A DNA stretch of 43,202 nt from an uncultured cyanobacterium (lineage in GTDB: Bacteria; Cyanobacteriota; Cyanobacteriia; Leptolyngbyales; Leptolyngbyaceae), in assembly GCA_963766075.1 (NCBI GenBank), contig CAVYAN010000084.1, positions 1 through 43,202 on the forward strand, given 5' to 3'. The translations under genes were made by a program, and so were the position numbers. Under the pieces are notes generated by a model, which was not told the DNA's origin, did not search any database, and worked only from the letters and a program-made list of their open reading frames with translations. Shown here piece after piece: positions 38,945 through 43,202 of the stretch; the first letter of the stretch is position 1; the number at the start of each line of letters is the position of its first letter.

Positions 38945-40480
38945 CTATGCACCCGGGGTCTCGTCGTCCAGTTTTTGTTTGAGTTTGTCCAGTTCTTGTT
39001 TCAGCAGGTCTTTGCTAAGGGCGGGGGAGCCAATCGAACTTTGGGACTGACTCAGGATGGCCCACTGTTTGAGTTGATTGGCTTGGGTGGAATGGATCGT
39101 AATTGTCATGACATGGGCGCAGTGCTGGGGAGCCTCTAGGGCAAACATCAGGATGTGGAATTGCTCTTGGTCTGCCATCAGGCGGATGGTCTCCCGGCCC
39201 ACGGGGGTTCTGAGATCGAGATAGCTGGGCAACCAGCGCCAACCTTTGGCGGCGCGCTGTTCGTTATAGATGGCCGTCACCCATAGCAGCATGGGGTGGG
39301 GGGACAGGGTGCACAGAAAGTTTTTATAGATTTTGTTGTAGAGCTGGTGGATCTGAAAGTTATGGATATCCTCATCGGGGAGCATCACCCACAATGTGGG
39401 GATTTTGCCGCGGCTGATGGTGATGACTTGGGGAAAGACGATCTGGGCAACGGGCTTGCCTTTGGGCCAGATGCCCTGGTGGGCAATTTCGTCTGAGAGG
39501 GTCAGCTTTTGCGGAGGGAGTCTGAGCAGCGCCGGTTGGCGATCGATGACTTCTCTAAGGCGCTCTCTGACCTGCTGCGAGCCACTGTAGCGTTGCTCTA
39601 GGGGTTCCAAGGCGCGCAGGATTTCCGTAACGCTTTGGGGGCGATCGCTGGGCTCTTTCGCCAGACAGCTCATCACCAAATTTTCCAGCGCCTTGGGTAG
39701 TTTGAGGCTGGGATTGGTCACGGCGAAGGCTCGGGGGGCCTGCATGTGGTGGGTTTTGTACCAGCCGCCAAAGGTATGGGTTTCCGCCCGCAGCGGCATC
39801 TTGCCCGTCAGCATTTCAAACATCATGATGCCCAAGCTGTAGATGTCGGAGCGGGCATCGAGGGCTTTGCCTTCCATTTGCTCCGGCGACGAGTAGGCCA
39901 GGGTGCCCATAAAGGAACTGGTTTGACCACTGTCTTCCTGAATCAGCTTGGAAATGCCGAAATCCAGGATTTTGACCAGTTCGCCAAACCCGGCCTGCTC
40001 TGTAACCAGAATGTTACTGGGTTTAATATCCCGATGGATGATGGGACAAAGCTTGCCGTCGATGGTGATGCCTTCGTGGGCGCATTGCAATCCCAGACAA
40101 ATCTGGCGGGTCAGGTTGAGAAACTTAGGGAGGGCAATGGGCTTCGCGTTGATGATGTCGCCCAGGCCATTCCCTTCCAGATATTCCATGACGTAGAAGG
40201 GAATTTCGCTGCCGCTCTGCTTGTCGGCGCCATAGTCCGTGACCCGAACGATATGGATGGTGCGCTGACCCAACTGAGCGCAGGTGCGGGCTTCGGCATA
40301 GAAGCGATCGCCCATGCGAGGATTCAGCAGGGTGGGCGATAAAAACTTAACCGCCACCACGCCCCCCAGCAAAATATCCTCAGCGCGATAGACATAGCCC
40401 ATTGCGCCACGACCGGCCACGGCTACCAACTGATAGCGGTTAGCCAGCACCCGGCCAAAATTTGGATCATCGATCGTCAT
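38945..40480 (-). CDS. Ser/Thr protein kinase (SpkA-like)
   Basis: GRGAMGYVY, VAVKFL, HRDIKPSN, DFG, SPEQ, DIYSLG; no TM segment. Confidence 0.93.
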   Translation of the reverse strand: MTIDDPNFGRVLANRYQLVAVAGRGAMGYVYRAEDILLGGVVAVKFLSPTLLNPRMGDRFYAEARTCAQLGQRTIHIVRVTDYGADKQSGSEIPFYVMEYLEGNGLGDIINAKPIALPKFLNLTRQICLGLQCAHEGITIDGKLCPIIHRDIKPSNILVTEQAGFGELVKILDFGISKLIQEDSGQTSSFMGTLAYSSPEQMEGKALDARSDIYSLGIMMFEMLTGKMPLRAETHTFGGWYKTHHMQAPRAFAVTNPSLKLPKALENLVMSCLAKEPSDRPQSVTEILRALEPLEQRYSGSQQVRERLREVIDRQPALLRLPPQKLTLSDEIAHQGIWPKGKPVAQIVFPQVITISRGKIPTLWVMLPDEDIHNFQIHQLYNKIYKNFLCTLSPHPMLLWVTAIYNEQRAAKGWRWLPSYLDLRTPVGRETIRLMADQEQFHILMFALEAPQHCAHVMTITIHSTQANQLKQWAILSQSQSSIGSPALSKDLLKQELDKLKQKLDDETPGA

Positions 40481-40810
40481 AGCATCACTACAGGAAAGCA
40501 TCGCGGGTGCGGGTGCAGATGTTGACCCGGCATAGAGAACAAAAAAGGTCCGTAAAAACTAACGCACCCTGGCTTAGTAATCCCCTAAATCATTCTAGCG
40601 ATTCATCCTGGTTCTTCAGCACAGCTAAACTGGGCATTATCCCCCGTGGCCCCATCATGAATGGAGCACTGAATGGATGGAGCACGGTTTCTCTTGCGTA
40701 TATTCCCCTACTCATACAACGGGAACTGTCGCTCATCCGGAGCGGGTTGATTTGGATAGGGAATTTAATTCAGAGTCGGGTCGCAGGGCAATTTCCCAAA
40801 AATAATCGGT

Positions 40811-40838
40811 GCGTTCCCTGAGCGGAGCCGAAGGGCGC
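40811..40838. repeat. Small dispersed hairpin element
   Basis: GCGTTCCCT-GAGCGGAGCCGA-AGGGCGC. Confidence 0.75.
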
Positions 40839-40948
40839 AACCTCGATCGGTAGGATCTTTCCTAGAAATCACCCAAGCTGTTCCCAGTACTGCCCACGAG
40901 CTAATTTTTCGATGACGCCGACTGACTCCTAGCACTCTGTATTGGCTC

Positions 40949-41410
40949 CTAGCACTCCGCATTGGCTACGGCGGAACTGGGCAGCGCCCCCAAGGGGTGA
41001 TTATGCAGCACCATAGTGGTGCTGCTGTTATACTCAAACCCGATCCGTTCGTAGAACTGCTGTTGGTAGGTCGTCATGAGGTAGATGCGCTCGACGCGGC
41101 ACATCTTAGGATGACTCAGGACGGTTTGCACCAATTTGCGTCCCAGCCCTGCCCCTTGATAATCGGGATGGATGACGACATCCCAAATCGTGGCGCGATA
41201 GACGCCATCCGAGGTGCCTCGGGCAAACCCGACCAGATAGTCGTGATCCCAGGCGGTGATCACCGGATCGCTGTTGGCGATCGCCACGGCCAAATCCTGC
41301 TCTTGGCGATCCTGGGCCCAAAAAGCCGCAATCCGAAACAACTCCTGAAGCTGGCGCAAATTAACAGCATGAGCGCGTTGATCTTGAAACTGAATGTGCG
41401 TGCAATCCAT
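40949..41410 (-). CDS. GNAT family N-acetyltransferase
   Basis: LVGFARG.SDGVYRATIWDVVIHPDYQGAGLGRKL..FYERIGF. Confidence 0.9.
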   Translation of the reverse strand: MDCTHIQFQDQRAHAVNLRQLQELFRIAAFWAQDRQEQDLAVAIANSDPVITAWDHDYLVGFARGTSDGVYRATIWDVVIHPDYQGAGLGRKLVQTVLSHPKMCRVERIYLMTTYQQQFYERIGFEYNSSTTMVLHNHPLGALPSSAVANAEC

Positions 41411-41625
41411 GGGTAATCCGACATCCTGGCGTGAACCGACCAATTTACTATCCAATGTGGAGCGATCGTGGCTGCCGCGTGTAATCACTGGATTCTATCC
41501 ATTGTCAGCAATTGCTGAAAACAAATCGCTACGACGGCTACAATATAAAGAGTTTTTATGATTTTCCTTTCGTTCGAGTCCCTTTCGTTCGAGTTCTTTG
41601 TGGCTTGAGTCCTACCGTGTATCCT

Positions 41626-42273
41626 GTGCCTTCTCCTCCCCGTGCTCCCCGCCGCCGTCAGCGCAGACGCTCTGTTTTTGTTCTGCTCGTTCTGCTGCTG
41701 CTGTGGAGTTTTGGCATTGGTTTAGGGTTGGCACAGGCCGCCAATCCCTGGTTGGGCAAATCGACAGAAGCGCCGGAAATGGCGGCACGACCGGAGATGT
41801 TCGCAGAGCCTAGCACTGTAGCGAGTTCTAACGTAGCGAGTTCCAAAGAACTGCGGATGGCTAGCACCGCAGACATTGGCACGGTAGACGTGGTTAGCGA
41901 TCGCCAGCAAGCAGGCCAAACCCTCTATTTTCAGACCTGTGCCACCTGTCACCTGGCCATTCCCCCCGCTGTCTTTCCCTCGGAAACTTGGCGGCAACTG
42001 TTACTGGACCCCCAGCACTACGGGGTGACCCTGACACCACTCCAAAATCCCAATCTCCGCCTCGTTTGGGATTATTTGAAGACCTATTCTCGGCCCGAGG
42101 CGATCGGCGAAGAGATTCCCTATCGGGTTTACCAATCCCGCTATTTTCAAATTCTTCATCCCAAAGTCAAGCTGCCCACCCGTGCGGGCCTTGCCAGTTG
42201 TGTAACCTGTCATCCCGGTGCTGGCACCTATGATTTTCGACGCGTCAGCGCAGAGTGGCAGAACGCACCCTGA
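41626..42273 (+). CDS. Diheme cytochrome c family protein
   Basis: N-terminal TM/signal, CATCH and CVTCH heme motifs, PPAVFPSETW..HYG. Start uncertain. Confidence 0.85.
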   Translation: MPSPPRAPRRRQRRRSVFVLLVLLLLWSFGIGLGLAQAANPWLGKSTEAPEMAARPEMFAEPSTVASSNVASSKELRMASTADIGTVDVVSDRQQAGQTLYFQTCATCHLAIPPAVFPSETWRQLLLDPQHYGVTLTPLQNPNLRLVWDYLKTYSRPEAIGEEIPYRVYQSRYFQILHPKVKLPTRAGLASCVTCHPGAGTYDFRRVSAEWQNAP

Positions 42274-42427
42274 CGAGATTGGATCGTGATTTTTGGATTG
42301 AAATGAGACAGCATCCAAAATCTCAAATCTGCATGGCAACACTCAAATCCTAAACATCTGGCTTCTCCAACCCATCCTGCTGCGTGGGTCAGAATCCAAC
42401 ATCCAACATCTAAAATCCAAACTCAAA

Positions 42428-43202
42428 ATGATTAAGTTATTTGGCGATCCGAATGCCCGCAAGCTCAAGAAGTATCAGCCGTTGATTGCCGAAGTGGCGG
42501 CGTATGAGGAAGATATTGCCCCACTGTCTGATGATGATTTGATTCGTAAAACCGCTGAGTTTAAGCAGCGGTTGGAAAGGGGGAATCCCTGGATGATTTG
42601 CTCACCGAGGCGTTTGCCGTGGTGCGGGAGGCGGGCAAGCGTGTCTTGGGCCTACGCCACTTTGATGTGCAAATTTTGGGCGGCATGGTGCTGCATGATG
42701 GGCAAATTGCAGAAATGAAAACGGGGGAAGGAAAAACCCTGGTGGCCACCCTGCCCGCCTACCTGAATGCCCTGAGTGGTAAAGGGGTGCATGTGGTGAC
42801 GGTGAATGATTACCTGGCGCGGCGGGATGCGGAATGGATGGGGCAGGTGCACCGCTATCTGGGACTGAACGTGGGGCTGATTCAGCAGTCCATGAGTCCG
42901 ATGGAGCGGAAGAAAAATTATGATTGCGACATCACCTACGCCACGAATAGTGAGCTGGGATTTGACTATTTGCGGGACAACATGGCTACATCTATTGTGG
43001 ATGTGGTGCAGCGTCCGTTTAACTACTGTGTGATTGATGAAGTGGACTCGGTGCTGATTGACGAAGCGCGCACGCCACTGATTATTTCAGGACAGGTGGA
43101 GCGGCCCAGTGAGAAGTATATTCGGGCGTCGGAGGTGGCGCGATCGCTCCAGCGCAAGGCCGACGAAGAGGCTCCCGGTCATTACGAAGTGGACGAAAAA
43201 CA
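42428..43202 (+). CDS. secA: Preprotein translocase SecA (5' part; frameshift at ~42581; runs off the window)
   Basis: [12 protein letters not shown].., then in the shifted frame [51 protein letters not shown]. Confidence 0.96.

Noticed and set aside
38792..39139. 115-aa ORF starting in the repeat array
   Set aside because: Derived from the repeat and antisense to the kinase.
42340..42428. AAATCC/AATCCAA short repeats before secA
   Set aside because: Degenerate heptamer-type repeats that are common in cyanobacterial intergenic DNA.
551..42852. Numerous antisense and alternate-frame ORFs in the track
   Set aside because: They are nested in well-supported genes, as expected in GC-rich DNA.

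Overview
A GC-rich cyanobacterial chromosomal segment, judged by very frequent HIP1 octamers (GCGATCGC), petN and cyanobacterial housekeeping orthologs. It is mostly core genome: tRNA-His, Omp85/BamA, purL, purF, glyA, a WecA/MraY-like transferase, cinA, aroQ, a HelY-like helicase, a CYP38-like cyclophilin, thiL, a UPF0182 protein, fur, a class V aminotransferase, an SpkA-like kinase, a GNAT, a diheme cytochrome c and the start of secA. Features not shown in the ORF track include petN, a 44-aa small ORF before aroQ and a c-di-AMP (ydaO) riboswitch before a USP gene. The most unusual items are: (1) a family of tiny dispersed hairpin elements, one expanded into a 7 x 32-bp array and carrying a nested insertion; (2) a 1.26-kb islet with an AT-rich leader and an orphan gene, bracketed by identical 16-bp HIP1-centred palindromes; (3) a YghO/bacterial-ceramide-synthase-like GNAT paired with an NAD-dependent reductase; (4) an AtzE/AtzG/allophanate-hydrolase-C module; (5) arm-swapped twin hairpins flanking fur. 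Frameshifts in purL, thiL and secA lie at G runs and are probably sequencing errors. No transposase, integrase, Cas gene or true CRISPR array was seen. Family assignments are from motif recognition only; no database search was run.
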